Assembly (NCBI GenBank): GCA_963795855.1
Contig: CAWCIZ010000002.1
Span: 128,001-192,000, forward strand
Source of the DNA: Vulcanimicrobiota bacterium
GTDB lineage: Bacteria; Vulcanimicrobiota; Vulcanimicrobiia; Vulcanimicrobiales; Vulcanimicrobiaceae
Length of the DNA stretch: 64,000 nt
Direction: 5' to 3'
In this document: positions 40,290-51,459 of the stretch, in pieces
Layout: the number at the start of each line of letters is the position of its first letter
Position numbering within the stretch: the stretch's first letter is position 1
Notes under the pieces: model-generated
Told to the model about the DNA's origin: nothing
Seen by the model: only the letters and a program-made list of their open reading frames with translations
Database searches by the model: none
Translations under genes and position numbers: made by a program

Positions 40290-42010
40290 GCGGCGCGGTC
40301 CTCCGAGCAGAGGACCGGGAGCGTCACGGTCACGTGCGTACCGAGCCCGGCGAGCCGTTCGACCTGCACGTCGGAAGCCAACGCGGAAACCAAAAACAAG
40401 CCGCGTCCGCCCTCAGACCAAATGCTCGGCGGCAGCGCCGGTTCGTACCGGAAACCCGGTCCGCGATCGATGACGTGCAGCACCAGTTCGTCGCCGCGCC
40501 GTTCGAGCGAGACACTCAGCGGGCCGGGCGCGTGACGCACCGCGTTTCCCACGAGTTCCGCGAAAATCAGGCCGCAGTTCGCCAATTCTTCCTCGCTCGG
40601 TGCGCAAAGCGTCGTAATGTTTCGGAAATATTCCTCACGCATCGCATACGCAGCTCGCGCATCCGCCGCTTGGAACTGCCAGCGCACCTCGGGCTCGCCG
40701 AAGCGGACGACCAAGATCGCGATATCGTCGCGAGGCGCCTGATTTGCGATGGCGCGTTCGATGAACTCGGCGGCATTCGTCGCGTGCGCGACCGCGTCCG
40801 AACTGACGACGCGTTCGAGCAACTCGTCGCCGGAAATGACGTCGCGCGTGATTTCGATGAGCCCGTCGGTATACAGCACCAGCATGCTTTTATCGGGACA
40901 ATGCACGGTATGCGTTTGGAACGCCGCCTCTGGAAACGCGCCAAGCGGAGCCGACGGGTTTTCGAGCCGGCGCACCATTTGCCCATTCAAGCGCAAGAAC
41001 GGCGGCGCGTGGCCCGCAGACACGTAGCGCAGCGCGCGCGACTTCGGATCCAAGATGCCGACGAACGCGCTCGCGAGTTTTTCTCCGGCCTCGGCGAGCA
41101 GAACGCGATTGCAGAGGTCGACGATCCTTTTCGGATCGCGCGCGTCCAAGGCGGCCACTCGAATCGCCTGCCGCATCAGCACCATCAGACGCGCCGCTTC
41201 GATGCCTTTACCGGTTACGTCGCCGATCGTGATAACGATCTCGCCACGCTGGTTTTCGAAGGCATCGTACCAGTCGCCGCCCACGTCGGCTTCCGTCGAT
41301 CCGGGACGGTAGTGCGCGGTGATCTCGATGTCGCGGTGCGCGGGGAAACGCTCGGGAAGGAAAGATCGCTGCAGCGTTTCCGCGACGTACTGCTCGCGGT
41401 GAAATTGCTTGGCATTGGCGACCGCAAGCCCGGCCCTGCGTCCCACCTCCAATGCGAAAAGCAGGTCGGCTTGATCGAATTCATTGTGGTCGCCGGTCCG
41501 AACGAACGTGAGCGCACCGAAAAGATGCTTTTGCGCCACGACCGGAACGACGATCTTCGAGCGGTAGCCGAACCGCCGCATGTACTGCTCGTGTTGACGG
41601 GAAGCCGCGTGCCGGCGAATGACCTCATCGTCGATATGCGGCAAGAAAAACGGTTCCCCGGTGCGCGTGACTTGAACGACGGGGTGGACGCCGAACTCTT
41701 CCACGTACAAAATCGTAGAAACGCTGGCGAGCGCCTCCTCCTTGCTCGGGTCGCGGTGGGCAGATGCGGTAACGAAAAGTCGATCCGACCGTTCGTCGAT
41801 CAGGTCGAAAAGGCAAATGTCGGCGAACGTTTCGACGGCGAGGCGCGCGACGTTATTCAGTGTGGCTGTAACGTCGAGCGACTGGTGAAACATTTCGCCG
41901 GCACGAACGAGTAAATTGAGCCGCTCTTCGTTGCGGCGCTCAATCGCAATGTCCAACCAACGCTCCCGAGTCTCCCGAGTGTCCCTATTCCCGGATTCCG
42001 CCGGAACCAT
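40286..42010 (-). CDS. GAF + SpoIIE/PP2C phosphatase + HATPase (RsbW-like) signalling protein
   Basis: [59 protein letters not shown]. Confidence 0.9.
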   Translation of the reverse strand: MVPAESGNRDTRETRERWLDIAIERRNEERLNLLVRAGEMFHQSLDVTATLNNVARLAVETFADICLFDLIDERSDRLFVTASAHRDPSKEEALASVSTILYVEEFGVHPVVQVTRTGEPFFLPHIDDEVIRRHAASRQHEQYMRRFGYRSKIVVPVVAQKHLFGALTFVRTGDHNEFDQADLLFALEVGRRAGLAVANAKQFHREQYVAETLQRSFLPERFPAHRDIEITAHYRPGSTEADVGGDWYDAFENQRGEIVITIGDVTGKGIEAARLMVLMRQAIRVAALDARDPKRIVDLCNRVLLAEAGEKLASAFVGILDPKSRALRYVSAGHAPPFLRLNGQMVRRLENPSAPLGAFPEAAFQTHTVHCPDKSMLVLYTDGLIEITRDVISGDELLERVVSSDAVAHATNAAEFIERAIANQAPRDDIAILVVRFGEPEVRWQFQAADARAAYAMREEYFRNITTLCAPSEEELANCGLIFAELVGNAVRHAPGPLSVSLERRGDELVLHVIDRGPGFRYEPALPPSIWSEGGRGLFLVSALASDVQVERLAGLGTHVTVTLPVLCSEDRAA

Positions 42011-42022
42011 GCTCGGGCCGGC

Positions 42023-42745
42023 TCAAGCGGGCGGCAGGATTACCTCCCGGCCATTCTCGCCCGATTCGCAGAGCGCGATTGCTGCAGCCGCAATCTCGTT
42101 GAGCGTCGCGAGACGCCGCCCCGGATTGCTTTGTGCGAGCTGGAGCCGCGCCTGCTCGGCATCGAGGCCCGCGCGGCGGACGATATTCGCGACCGCCTGC
42201 TCCATCATATCGGTCTCGGTGTATCCGGGGCAGATCGCGTTTACCGTCACGCCGGTGCCCTCGACTTCCGCAGACAACGCGCGTGTGAATCCGATCACGC
42301 CGTGCTTGCTGGCGGTGTACGCGGCGATGTACGGCGCTCCATAGAGACCCGCGATGCTCGCTAGATTGACGATGCGCCCGAACTTTGCCGCGAGCAGTTC
42401 GTCGATAACGGCTCGCGAGCACAAATACGTTCCGGTGAGATTCGTTCCGACGATGCGATCCCACATCGCCTTGTCCGTGCGCTTGAGCGGCGCCCCTTCC
42501 GCGATGCCGGAGTTGTTCACGAGAATCGCGACGGGGCCGTTCGCCTGCCGGCACTGCGCGAACGCTTGATTCACCGCTGTTTCGTCAGACACGTCGCCTG
42601 CGACGCGAAAAAAATCGTCGCCGGTATCCGGCGCCGTCCGGCTCACAATGCTCACGTTCGCACCCGCGGCTTTCAAAGCGCGCGCGATCGCAAGGCCGAT
42701 GCCGCGTCCTCCGCCCGTAACGACGGCGTGTTTGCCCGCAATCAT
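42023..42745 (-). CDS. Short-chain dehydrogenase (3-hydroxyacyl-CoA dehydrogenase-like)
   Basis: TGGGRGIG, YTASKHG, VNAICPGYTET. Confidence 0.85.
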   Translation of the reverse strand: MIAGKHAVVTGGGRGIGLAIARALKAAGANVSIVSRTAPDTGDDFFRVAGDVSDETAVNQAFAQCRQANGPVAILVNNSGIAEGAPLKRTDKAMWDRIVGTNLTGTYLCSRAVIDELLAAKFGRIVNLASIAGLYGAPYIAAYTASKHGVIGFTRALSAEVEGTGVTVNAICPGYTETDMMEQAVANIVRRAGLDAEQARLQLAQSNPGRRLATLNEIAAAAIALCESGENGREVILPPA

Positions 42746-42770
42746 GCGTGCACCTCGGTTGCCGCCGGTT

Positions 42771-45038
42771 TCATATGTGGGCCGTCACTTCCGCCGCGCG
42801 AGCGAGATTCCGTTCGAGTTGCGATTTGCCCGGCAAATACTGCACCGGCCATTCCATCGCCGTGTAACCGAGCTGCGCCGCGGCGTGCAGCGTCCAACAT
42901 GGATCTGCGAGGTGCGGCCGGCCGAGCGCGCACAGATCCGCGCGCCCCGCCGCGATGATTCCGTTCACATGATCGGGTTCGAAGATATTGCCCACCGCCA
43001 TCGTCGCGATGCCGATTTCGTTGCGGATGCGATCGGCGTACGGCGTCTGATACATCCGTCCGTATATGGGTTTTGCCTCGCGCGATGTTTGCCCGGTGGA
43101 AACGTCGATGAGATCCGCACCGGCGTTCTTGAACGCACGAGCGACTTCGACGGCGTCTTCCGCCGTTATGCCGCCGTCGACCCAATCCGTCGCGGAGATG
43201 CGCACGGACATCGGACGCTCTTGCGGCCATGCTTCGCGCATCGCGCGAAAGACCTCGAGCGGATACCGCAGCCGGTTTTCCAGCGTCCCGCCGTACTGGT
43301 CCGTTCGTGCGTTCTGCAGCGGCGTGATGAAGCTCGAGAGCAGATAGCCGTGGGCGCAATGCAGTTCGATCATGTCGAAGCCGGCGTCGATACCCATCTT
43401 CACCGCGCGCACGAATTCGTGGCGCACGCGTTCCATGTCGGCGCGCGTCATCTCCGCGGGCGTTTGATTCTGCGGTCCGTACGGCAAAGCGGAGGGCCCG
43501 ATGACGGGCCAATTTCCGTCGAGGAGCGGCTCGTCCATGCCCTCCCACATCAGTTTCGTCGAACCTTTCGGCCCGCTGTGCCCGAGTTGGAGGCACATCC
43601 TCGCGGCACTCCATTCGTGCACGAAATCGACGATGCGTTTCCAAGCGGCTGCGTGTTCGGGTTTGTACATGCCGGTGCAGCCGGGCGTGATACGGCCTTC
43701 GGCGCTTACGCACGTCATCTCGGTATAAACGAGACCCGCACCGCCCAGTGCGCGGCTGCCCAAATGCACGAGGTGAAATTCGCCGGGCGTACCGTCGACC
43801 GCGCTGTACATGTCCATGGGCGAGACGACAACGCGGTTGCGCACCTCGAGGTGACGCAAACGAAACGGCGTGAACATCGGCGGGACTGGTTCGCTTCCCC
43901 GCGCGAGCCAACGTTCGATTCGCTCGACATAGGCTTTATCGCGCAGACGCAGATTCTCGTGACTGATCCGCTGACTGCGAGTAAGCAGACTGTAAGCAAA
44001 CTGCTCCGGGGGCAGTTTCGCGTAGCGGGCGACGTTTTCGAACCATTCCGTACTGTTGCGCGCCGCGTTTTGCAGGCGCAGCACTTCGACGCGCCGCTCG
44101 CTTTCGTACCTAGCAAGCGCCCCCTGGCGTTGGGGCTCTTCGCTCAATGCTCGCTGCAGAGCGATCGCGTCCTCCATCGCGAGTTTCGTGCCGGAACCGA
44201 CGGAGAAATGGGCCGAGTGCGCCGCATCACCCAGCAGCACGACGTTCCCGTACGTCCAGTTCGCGTTGCTCACGCGCGTAAAGTTCAGCCAGTCGCGGCC
44301 TTGCAGGTGCGCTGAGTTCGCCATGAGCTTGTGACCGCGCAGGTACGGACGAAAAAGTTGTTCGCAGAAGGCAATCGTTTCTTGGGTTCCGGCCCGGTCC
44401 AGGCCGTGCGCGAGCCACGTTTCCTCGCGGCATTCGACGATCCACGTGCTGGTATGCTCGTCAAAACGGTAGGCGTGAACCGTGAACCATCCGTGCGGCG
44501 TTTCCTCGAAAACGAACGTGAACGCGTCGAGAGGCAACGTCGTGCCGAGCCAAACGAAGCGGCATTTGCGCGTGTCGAGATTCGGCTGGAATTCGGATTC
44601 GTACAGCTTTCGGATGCGGCTGTTGATGCCATCCGACGCGACGATGAGGTCGGCGTCAGGGTAAGCGTCGACGCCGGCTACCTCACGTTCGAACTCCAGT
44701 TCCACGCCGAGTTCTTCTGCGCGCCGCTGCAGAATATTGAGCAGCCGCTTGCGCGCGATTCCCGAGAACCCGTGTCCGCCGGATCGCATGACGTGCCCTT
44801 TGAAGTGAATCTCGATGTCGTCCCAGTGCGCGAAACTCTCCACGATCTCGTCGTGCGTTTTGGCGTCGGCCGCGCGGAGATTTTCGAGCGTCGCGTCGGA
44901 AAACACGACGCCCCAGCCGAACGTGTCATAGGGGCGGTTACGCTCGACGACGCGGATGCGGTTAGCGGGATCCGCCTTTTTCATCAGCAATCCGAAGTAC
45001 AGTCCGGCGGGTCCGCCGCCGATGCACACGACGTTCAC
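42771..45038 (-). CDS. Bifunctional 2-aminobenzoyl-CoA monooxygenase/reductase (salicylyl-CoA 5-hydroxylase family)
   Basis: [50 protein letters not shown]-like C-terminal half [11 protein letters not shown]. Confidence 0.9.
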   Translation of the reverse strand: MNVVCIGGGPAGLYFGLLMKKADPANRIRVVERNRPYDTFGWGVVFSDATLENLRAADAKTHDEIVESFAHWDDIEIHFKGHVMRSGGHGFSGIARKRLLNILQRRAEELGVELEFEREVAGVDAYPDADLIVASDGINSRIRKLYESEFQPNLDTRKCRFVWLGTTLPLDAFTFVFEETPHGWFTVHAYRFDEHTSTWIVECREETWLAHGLDRAGTQETIAFCEQLFRPYLRGHKLMANSAHLQGRDWLNFTRVSNANWTYGNVVLLGDAAHSAHFSVGSGTKLAMEDAIALQRALSEEPQRQGALARYESERRVEVLRLQNAARNSTEWFENVARYAKLPPEQFAYSLLTRSQRISHENLRLRDKAYVERIERWLARGSEPVPPMFTPFRLRHLEVRNRVVVSPMDMYSAVDGTPGEFHLVHLGSRALGGAGLVYTEMTCVSAEGRITPGCTGMYKPEHAAAWKRIVDFVHEWSAARMCLQLGHSGPKGSTKLMWEGMDEPLLDGNWPVIGPSALPYGPQNQTPAEMTRADMERVRHEFVRAVKMGIDAGFDMIELHCAHGYLLSSFITPLQNARTDQYGGTLENRLRYPLEVFRAMREAWPQERPMSVRISATDWVDGGITAEDAVEVARAFKNAGADLIDVSTGQTSREAKPIYGRMYQTPYADRIRNEIGIATMAVGNIFEPDHVNGIIAAGRADLCALGRPHLADPCWTLHAAAQLGYTAMEWPVQYLPGKSQLERNLARAAEVTAHI

Positions 45039-45042
45039 GCGG

Positions 45043-45817
45043 TTATATCTCCATGTCGTATTCGAGGATCACCGGCGCATGATCCGAAAAACGTTCGTCC
45101 CGGTAAATCGACGCGGTTCGCACGGCGCCGCGCAAATCCGGCGTCACGAGATGGTAGTCGATACGCCAGCCGTTGTTGCGTTCGAAGGCGGCCTGAAAAT
45201 TCGACCACCAACTGAACTGCTTGGGCTCTTGGTTCACGACCCGAAAGGCGTCGACCCACTGCAAGTCCGAGAGCACGCCGTCCATCCAGGCACGCTCGTG
45301 CGGAAAGAATCCGGAGATCCGGCTGCAACGCACGGGATTATAGACGTCGACGTCTTTGTGCGCGATGTTGAAGTCGCCCGCCACGATGAACGAACGTCCG
45401 CTTTCGCGTAAACGCCGAAGCTCGCCGTAAAAACGCTCCATGAACGCCTCCTTCACGACTTGGCGCACCGGACCCATGGCGCCGGAAGGCATGTAAAACG
45501 ACACGATGCTGAGCGCGCCGTAGTCGAACTGCACCCAGCGCGCCTCGCGATCGTATTCGGGCCACCCCAGACCGCGAACGACCTTGTCCGGCGCGCGCTT
45601 CGCATAGATTGCGACGCCGCTGTAACCTTTTTTCTCCGCATCGACAAAGACGCCGGTGTAGTGCGAAACGCGCGGCAGCCTCGAGCGGCAGCTGATGTTC
45701 CTGCGCCTTCGTTTCCTGCAGGCACACGAAGTCCGCGTCCTGCGCCTGCATCCACGGATAGAACCCTTTGCGCGCCGCGGATCGAATCCCGTTGCAGTTC
45801 AGCGAGACGATCTTCAG
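45043..45817 (-). CDS. xth: Exodeoxyribonuclease III; frameshift near 45665, possible CTG start
   Basis: NCNGIR, CLQETK, KKGYSGV, GDFNIAH, GWRIDY, SDHAPV. Confidence 0.85.
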
Positions 45818-46476
45818 CGTTTGCGCACCACCATCAGCCCGTCTCCGATGGGGAGAAGCGATGCGTCGACGCGCTCGTCGCGACCGATCTTCTCGTTCAG
45901 CGCGCGCAGTGCCCGCGTGTCCTCGTCCGTGGTTTGCGCGTCCGCCACCCTGCCGCTCCAAAGGACGTTGTCGATCGTGATGAGCGCGTTGGAGCGCAGC
46001 AGCGTGAGGCAGCGTTCGTAGTACGCGTCGTAGCCGGTTTTGTCGGCATCGATATAAGCGAAGTCATAGCGGCCGGCCTCGCCCGCCGCGATCAACTCGT
46101 CGAGCGTGCGCGCTGCGGGCGCGATGCGCAGATCGATCTTCGCTTCGACGCCGGCGCGTTGCCAATACCGCCGCGCGACGGCGGTATAGTCCTCGCTCAC
46201 GTCGCACGCGACGATTCGCCCATCGGCAGGCAGCGCGAGCGCGACGCCGAGCGAGCTGTATCCGGTGAAGACACCGACCTCGATGCAGCGCCGAGCACCG
46301 ACGAGCCGCACCAGCAACTGCAGGAACTGCACCTGATCGGCGCCCGTCTGCATGCCGGCGTGGGGATGCTTTGCGGTTTCCTCGCGCAGCTCGCGCAATA
46401 CCGGAAGATCGCGCAGCGTCGTGTCGACGACGTACTGCTGGACGTTCTCGGGGAGATAAAACGATCGTGCGCTCAT
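45814..46476 (-). CDS. SAM-dependent O-methyltransferase (caffeoyl-CoA OMT-like)
   Basis: EVGVFTGYS, IDADK, DNVLWSG, PIGDGL. Confidence 0.9.
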   Translation of the reverse strand: MSARSFYLPENVQQYVVDTTLRDLPVLRELREETAKHPHAGMQTGADQVQFLQLLVRLVGARRCIEVGVFTGYSSLGVALALPADGRIVACDVSEDYTAVARRYWQRAGVEAKIDLRIAPAARTLDELIAAGEAGRYDFAYIDADKTGYDAYYERCLTLLRSNALITIDNVLWSGRVADAQTTDEDTRALRALNEKIGRDERVDASLLPIGDGLMVVRKR

Positions 46477-46491
46477 ACAATGCTTCCCCGC

Positions 46492-48078
46492 CTATCGTGC
46501 TCTGAGCATTTCGCGGGCGCAATTCCAGCCGGGTGCGCCCATCACGCCGCCGCCCGGGTGTGCCGCCGAACCGCACAGATACAAGCCCTTCACCGGCATT
46601 TTGTACCCTGCGAAGCCGGGAACGGGGCGGAACATGAAGAGTTTGTCGAGGTTCATCGCGCCTTGGAAGATGTTCCCGCCGGTCAAACCGAACGTCGCCT
46701 CCAGATCGCGAGGCGTGAGGATCTGCCGATCGATGACCGACTCCTTGAATCCGGGCGCGTAACGCTCGACGATGTCGAAGCACCTGTCGGCAAACGCGTT
46801 TTTCGTCGCATCGTTCCACTCGCCGTTTCTGACCGAATACGGCGCGTATTGCACGAACATCGACATGAGGTGTTTGCCCGGCGGCGCCACGGTCGGATCC
46901 ACGGACGACGGCATCGTGCATTCGACGACCGGCTCCCGCGAGGGCTGTCCGTACTTGGCATCGTCGTACGCCCGCTCGATGAAATCCTGATCGGGGCACA
47001 AATGGACGGTTCCGCGATGCTGCGGGCCGGGTTGGTTTCCGGGGAGCGCGGAGAAGCTCGGCAGACGCTCGAGCGCGACGTTGATTTTCGCCGACGCGCT
47101 CTCGTAACTGATGCGGTTGACCGCAGCGTGAAATGCAGGCGGAACGTCCGCCGCGTCGAGTAATTTGTTGAAGGTAACGTTGCAATCGGCGTTGCTCGCC
47201 ACGACTTTGGCGCGATATTCGTCGCCGTTTTCAAGAGCGACGCCCGTTACGGCGCCTGCGCTGGTTAGAATCTTCGCGACTTCGGCACCCGTGCGAATCT
47301 CGACGCCGAGATCTTTCGCAGCTTTGGCAAGAGCCTGCGTCAACCCGCCCATGCCGCCTTTGACGTACGCCCAAACGCCGCGTTTGCCGTTCGTTTCCCC
47401 CATGACGTGATGGAAAAGCACGTACGCGGTGCCCGGCATAGACGGAGATGCGAACGCACCGATGATCGCATCGGTCGCGAGCGTCGCTTTGAGTTGTTCC
47501 GATTCGAACCAGCGATCCAGAATCGGACGCGCGGCGCCGGTGAGAACTTCGAGCGCCTCGTCGATGCCGCTGCCGAGTTTGTGCGCACTCTTGCCGAGCG
47601 CGGCAAGCTGCAGAAAGTCGCCGATGCCCGGTTTGACGACGTTCGGAGGCGCCTGCACCAGCGTCGGCTCGATCACGGAGGCTACCCGCAACAGCATGTC
47701 TTCGTATTTCGCATAGTTGCGCGCGTCGGCATCGCTGAATTTGGCAATCTCGCGAACGTTCTGCTCGGCGGATCCGCCGAGCATCAGGTAGCGCCCGTCC
47801 GGAAACGGCGAAAACGACGCCGGGTTGCGCTCGATGAGTTCGAAGCCGTACTCCGTGAGTTTGAGGTCCCGAACGATTTCCGGGCGAAAAAGACTATTGA
47901 CGTACGCAGCAGTCGACACTTTGAAACCCGGGAACGTGCGCTCTTCGGTCACGCAAGCGCCGCCGACGATGTACCGGCGCTCGAGCACCAGCACTTTTCG
48001 GCCGGCGCGGGCCAAGTAACATGCGGCAACCAAACCGTTATGGCCCCCGCCGACGATGATGGCGTCGTAGGTGTTCAT
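46492..48078 (-). CDS. Phytoene dehydrogenase-like FAD oxidoreductase
   Basis: GGGHNGLVAA, GGMGGLT, GGNIFQG, LYLCGSAAHPGGGVMGAPG. Confidence 0.85.
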   Translation of the reverse strand: MNTYDAIIVGGGHNGLVAACYLARAGRKVLVLERRYIVGGACVTEERTFPGFKVSTAAYVNSLFRPEIVRDLKLTEYGFELIERNPASFSPFPDGRYLMLGGSAEQNVREIAKFSDADARNYAKYEDMLLRVASVIEPTLVQAPPNVVKPGIGDFLQLAALGKSAHKLGSGIDEALEVLTGAARPILDRWFESEQLKATLATDAIIGAFASPSMPGTAYVLFHHVMGETNGKRGVWAYVKGGMGGLTQALAKAAKDLGVEIRTGAEVAKILTSAGAVTGVALENGDEYRAKVVASNADCNVTFNKLLDAADVPPAFHAAVNRISYESASAKINVALERLPSFSALPGNQPGPQHRGTVHLCPDQDFIERAYDDAKYGQPSREPVVECTMPSSVDPTVAPPGKHLMSMFVQYAPYSVRNGEWNDATKNAFADRCFDIVERYAPGFKESVIDRQILTPRDLEATFGLTGGNIFQGAMNLDKLFMFRPVPGFAGYKMPVKGLYLCGSAAHPGGGVMGAPGWNCAREMLRAR

Positions 48079-48133
48079 GCGCGGAAAGTACTATTGAATG
48101 ACCCTTAACCCTTTGACCGGTCCGGGGTGACAC

Positions 48134-48313
48134 ATGCTGCGCTTTCTCCTCGCCATCGTCTCGCCCGTCATGCTTACCGTCGCCGTTCCGCTGGCGAACC
48201 GCGTCGAGCCGCGCCTTTTCGGTTTTCCGTTTCTGCTCGTTTGGATATTTCTTTGGGTCGCGGTCACGCCGCTCTGCCTCTACGGAGTCTACAGGTTGGA
48301 GAAACGCGCGTGA
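48134..48313 (+). CDS. DUF3311 small membrane protein (59 aa, missed by the ORF track)
   Basis: NRVEPRLFGFPFLLVW; GTGA coupling to the symporter. Confidence 0.8.
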   Translation: MLRFLLAIVSPVMLTVAVPLANRVEPRLFGFPFLLVWIFLWVAVTPLCLYGVYRLEKRA

Positions 48314-49752
48314 GCGGCGCCGTAACGGCGCTGATCATCACGGGCGCGATACTGGTCGGCACGATTACCTTCGCGCTGTACAGCGTACGCCGCATCAAAA
48401 TGGATCCGCAGGAGTATATCGTCGGCGGGCGATCGTTCGGCGCGCTGTTCTTATGGATTCTGCTCGCCGGTGAAGTCTACACGAGTTTCACGTTTCTCGG
48501 CGCGGCGGGATGGGCTTATGGAAAAGGCGCACCCGCGTTCTACATCCTGGCGTACGGCACTATCGGCTACATCATCGGCTACTTCTATCTTCCCGAAGTC
48601 TGGCGAATCGGCAAGGAGCGCGGCCTTCTCACCTCGCCGGATTTTTTTCAGGTGCGGTACGGCAGCAGGCCGCTTACGACGGGCGTCGCGATACTGCAAT
48701 TTCTGCTCATCATCCCGTACGTGACCCTGCAGCTCACCGGGGTTCAAATCGTGCTTTCAATCGCCGGTTACGGTCACTACAACGCGACCATCGCCGTGGG
48801 TGTCGCATTCGCGCTAATCGTCATCTTCACGTTCACCGCGGGCCTGCACGGCGCGGCGTGGGGCAGCATCGTCAAAGACGCGCTCGTGCTCGGAGCAGTC
48901 GTCTTTGCCGGAATCGTCCTTCCGCTGCACTTCTTCGGATCGTTCGGAACGCTCTTCAACCGCGTACTCGCCGCGTCTCCGCATTGGCTGACCCTCGCGC
49001 CGGGGAGCGCTCCTATGGGAGTAAACTGGTACGTCTCGACGGTGCTGCTCACGAGCATCGGTTTCTACATGGGTCCGCATTCGATAGCGGCCGTGTACGC
49101 CGCGCGCAACGGCGATACGATTCGCCGCAACGCAATATTCCTGCCGCTCTACCAGCTCGTGATGCTGCTGGTTTTTCTTGCGGGATTCACGGCGCTCGTG
49201 GTCACGCCGGGCCTAAAGGGCGCGGCGGCGGATCAGTCGTTTCTGCTGGTCGTGCGGCAATACTACCCGGCTTGGGTACTGGGCATCGTCGGCGGCGCCG
49301 GCTGCTTGGCGGCGCTTCTCCCCGCTTCGGCGCAATTGCTCGGCGCATCGAGCGTCTTCGCGCACAACGTGCTGGGGCACGCGCGCTGGACTCGGCTATT
49401 CGTCGTCATCATCGCGGCCGGTGCGTTCGGGATGTGGCTCTTCTGGAACAAAACGCTGGTGGATTTACTGCTGCTGTACTATAACGGCGTCACGCAATTC
49501 ATGCCGGCCTTTATCTTCGGCATCTATTGGAAGCGCGCAACCGCGCTTTCGATCGGCGCGGGCATCGTCTGCGGAGAAGCCGTTGCGTTTTACCTGTGGC
49601 ATCACAACGTCAGCCTGTGGGGCGTGAATCCCGGATTCTTCGCGCTCCTGATAAACGTGGCAGTGTGCGTCGCGGTAGCGCTGGCGCAAAACCGCGACGA
49701 AACACCGCTTTCCGGCGAACGGACATCCCGTTCACCCGGTACTAATGCCTGA
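48310..49752 (+). CDS. Sodium:solute symporter
   Basis: EYIVGGRSFG, LAGEVYTSFTFLG, PYVTLQL; many TM helices. Confidence 0.85.
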   Translation: MSGAVTALIITGAILVGTITFALYSVRRIKMDPQEYIVGGRSFGALFLWILLAGEVYTSFTFLGAAGWAYGKGAPAFYILAYGTIGYIIGYFYLPEVWRIGKERGLLTSPDFFQVRYGSRPLTTGVAILQFLLIIPYVTLQLTGVQIVLSIAGYGHYNATIAVGVAFALIVIFTFTAGLHGAAWGSIVKDALVLGAVVFAGIVLPLHFFGSFGTLFNRVLAASPHWLTLAPGSAPMGVNWYVSTVLLTSIGFYMGPHSIAAVYAARNGDTIRRNAIFLPLYQLVMLLVFLAGFTALVVTPGLKGAAADQSFLLVVRQYYPAWVLGIVGGAGCLAALLPASAQLLGASSVFAHNVLGHARWTRLFVVIIAAGAFGMWLFWNKTLVDLLLLYYNGVTQFMPAFIFGIYWKRATALSIGAGIVCGEAVAFYLWHHNVSLWGVNPGFFALLINVAVCVAVALAQNRDETPLSGERTSRSPGTNA

Positions 49753-50884
49753 GTTCGATGACCGTGTTGTTGTTGTCGTCGTTGAAGTAGAGTTTCGCCG
49801 TTGCCGGCGTCGTGCCGGTAGCGACCATGCCGAAGATGGAACCCGCGGCACCTGCGTCGACGTTGCGCACGAAAACGACTTTGCCGGAGGGCGTAATCTC
49901 GACCATTAGATTTTGGCCGTTCGGGTCGAGCGTATTGCCTACGGCAATGTTGCCGCCGGGAAGGATCGCCGAGCTTATAGGTCCGTTGAGCGGCGCACCC
50001 GCATAAATCACGTGCGCGGACGATGCTTGCTTGCCGGTAAAGGTCATGCCGTGCACCGCAATGCCGCCGGCAACGACCTTTGAAATGTCGTCTATCGCAT
50101 ACAGCGCGTTGTTCGTTCCGTCGACGACGTACAAGCGATCGCCGGCGGGCTGATAATTCAATCCGGACGGCCCTAGGATGCTGCCCGGAACGCCGTGATT
50201 GACCGGGAACCCTGTGGCGATGGTTGCGAATTCGAATCGCGGCCCTGGAAACACGTAGACTCGCACGAGACTTCCGTCGCCCGCGTTGCTGACGTAGAAT
50301 GCCGGAACGCTGATGGAATTGACCGGCGGGACGAAGGCTTGCCCGAACGGATGGTGCCACGTGAATTGGCCGAGCGTCGTAAGCAAAGCGCCGTTTGAAC
50401 TGAAGATGGGATTGTCGTTGGCGGAAAACGCGGCCAGCCAGATCGCGCCGTTCGGCGATGCGGCGAGTGCGTCGCATCCGTTCAGCGTAGAGTTGGTCGC
50501 GATGTCGACCGGTTTCGAACCCGGTACGGGATGCAAAGCCAGAACGGACGTGCCCGTTCCTTGTACGTTTTCCTTGTCATTGAAATCGCAGACGATCAAA
50601 TCGCCCGCCGATATCTTGCCCGAACTGATCTTCGCGACGTCGAGTCCGTACGGATTGACGTTGCGGCTGAGGGGATCGACCGCGGAGCCGATGGACTGCT
50701 CGTGCACGAGCATTGCGAGCACGGAACTGGTTCCGGAAGCCGCAAGCGCTTCGGTGTTTCGAGTCTGGAGGCTCTGGGGTGCCGTCCCGGTTTGCGGCAT
50801 CGATCCGGACGAAGAGGAGCATGCCGCGAGTGCCGTCAGCGCCGCCGCTGCGGCTGCTGCGGAAAGGAGTCGCTGGTATACCAT
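49742..50884 (-). CDS. Lipoprotein, probable beta-propeller
   Basis: LAAC lipobox; GGGAGG SD; NPYGL, GPSGLNY blade-like motifs. Confidence 0.7.
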   Translation of the reverse strand: MVYQRLLSAAAAAAALTALAACSSSSGSMPQTGTAPQSLQTRNTEALAASGTSSVLAMLVHEQSIGSAVDPLSRNVNPYGLDVAKISSGKISAGDLIVCDFNDKENVQGTGTSVLALHPVPGSKPVDIATNSTLNGCDALAASPNGAIWLAAFSANDNPIFSSNGALLTTLGQFTWHHPFGQAFVPPVNSISVPAFYVSNAGDGSLVRVYVFPGPRFEFATIATGFPVNHGVPGSILGPSGLNYQPAGDRLYVVDGTNNALYAIDDISKVVAGGIAVHGMTFTGKQASSAHVIYAGAPLNGPISSAILPGGNIAVGNTLDPNGQNLMVEITPSGKVVFVRNVDAGAAGSIFGMVATGTTPATAKLYFNDDNNNTVIELRH

Positions 50885-50958
50885 GAAGCCCTCCCATTGA
50901 AGATTTGGGGGATCAGTCACGGTAGCGCGCCTCTATGAAGAATCTCTGAAGCGCCGCG

Positions 50959-50990
50959 AAAAGAAAAAGCCGCCCGAGGGGCGGCCTTTT
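50959..50990 (-). terminator. Intrinsic terminator after the zinc-ribbon gene
   Basis: GCCGCCC-3 nt-GGGCGGC followed by TTTTTCTTTT on the minus strand. Confidence 0.8.
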
Positions 50991-51005
50991 CGAACGAAGC
51001 GCCTT

Positions 51006-51323
51006 CTAGCGGTAGGACGGACGCGACTGGAAGCAGTCGCGGCAGTACACCGGCTTGTCGCCGCGCGGCTGGAACGGCACCTCGGCGACGCCGCCGCACT
51101 GGCTGCACGTGGCCTGGTACATTTCGCGTCGCTGGCCGCCGCCGCCGCCCATTCCGGACCCGCCGCCCGAGCTGTTGCGCATCTGCTTGCGCGCTTGTCG
51201 GCAATCGGGGCAGCGATTCGGTTTGTTCTGAAAACCTTTGCTTGCGTAGAACTGCTGTTCCCCGGCCGTGAACGCGAATTGACGTCCGCAATCCACACAG
51301 TTCAGCATTTCATCAACGTACAC
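51006..51323 (-). CDS. Double zinc-ribbon protein (zf-trcl + CxxC-x17-CxxC)
   Basis: CVDCG..F.FTAGEQ.FY..KGF.N.P.RCPDCR; CSQCG....VPFQP....PVYCRDCF; AAGGAG SD. Confidence 0.9.
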   Translation of the reverse strand: MYVDEMLNCVDCGRQFAFTAGEQQFYASKGFQNKPNRCPDCRQARKQMRNSSGGGSGMGGGGGQRREMYQATCSQCGGVAEVPFQPRGDKPVYCRDCFQSRPSYR

Positions 51324-51428
51324 TAAACGAGACTCCTTGTTACGTGGTTTGTTTGGGCCTGATTCGACTCGCCTAGGTACCTTTGAGAACGGACACTGCG
51401 ACGGACTTCGAACCTGATTTACCCGGCA

Positions 51429-51457
51429 ATCCTACCACGCGGCTTTGGGAAATGCAA
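51429..51457 (-). promoter_or_regulatory. Sigma70-type promoter of the zinc-ribbon gene (about 100-nt leader)
   Basis: TTGCAT-17 nt-TAGGAT with extended -10 TG. Confidence 0.6.
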
Positions 51458-51459
51458 TT

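Noticed and set aside
40184..47163. Long plus-strand ORFs (576, 555, 567 aa)
   Set aside because: Fully antisense to well-supported genes; Arg/Ala-rich shadow composition
46492..48078. Carotenoid biosynthesis cluster
   Set aside because: Only a generic phytoene dehydrogenase-like oxidoreductase; no crtB or crtE nearby
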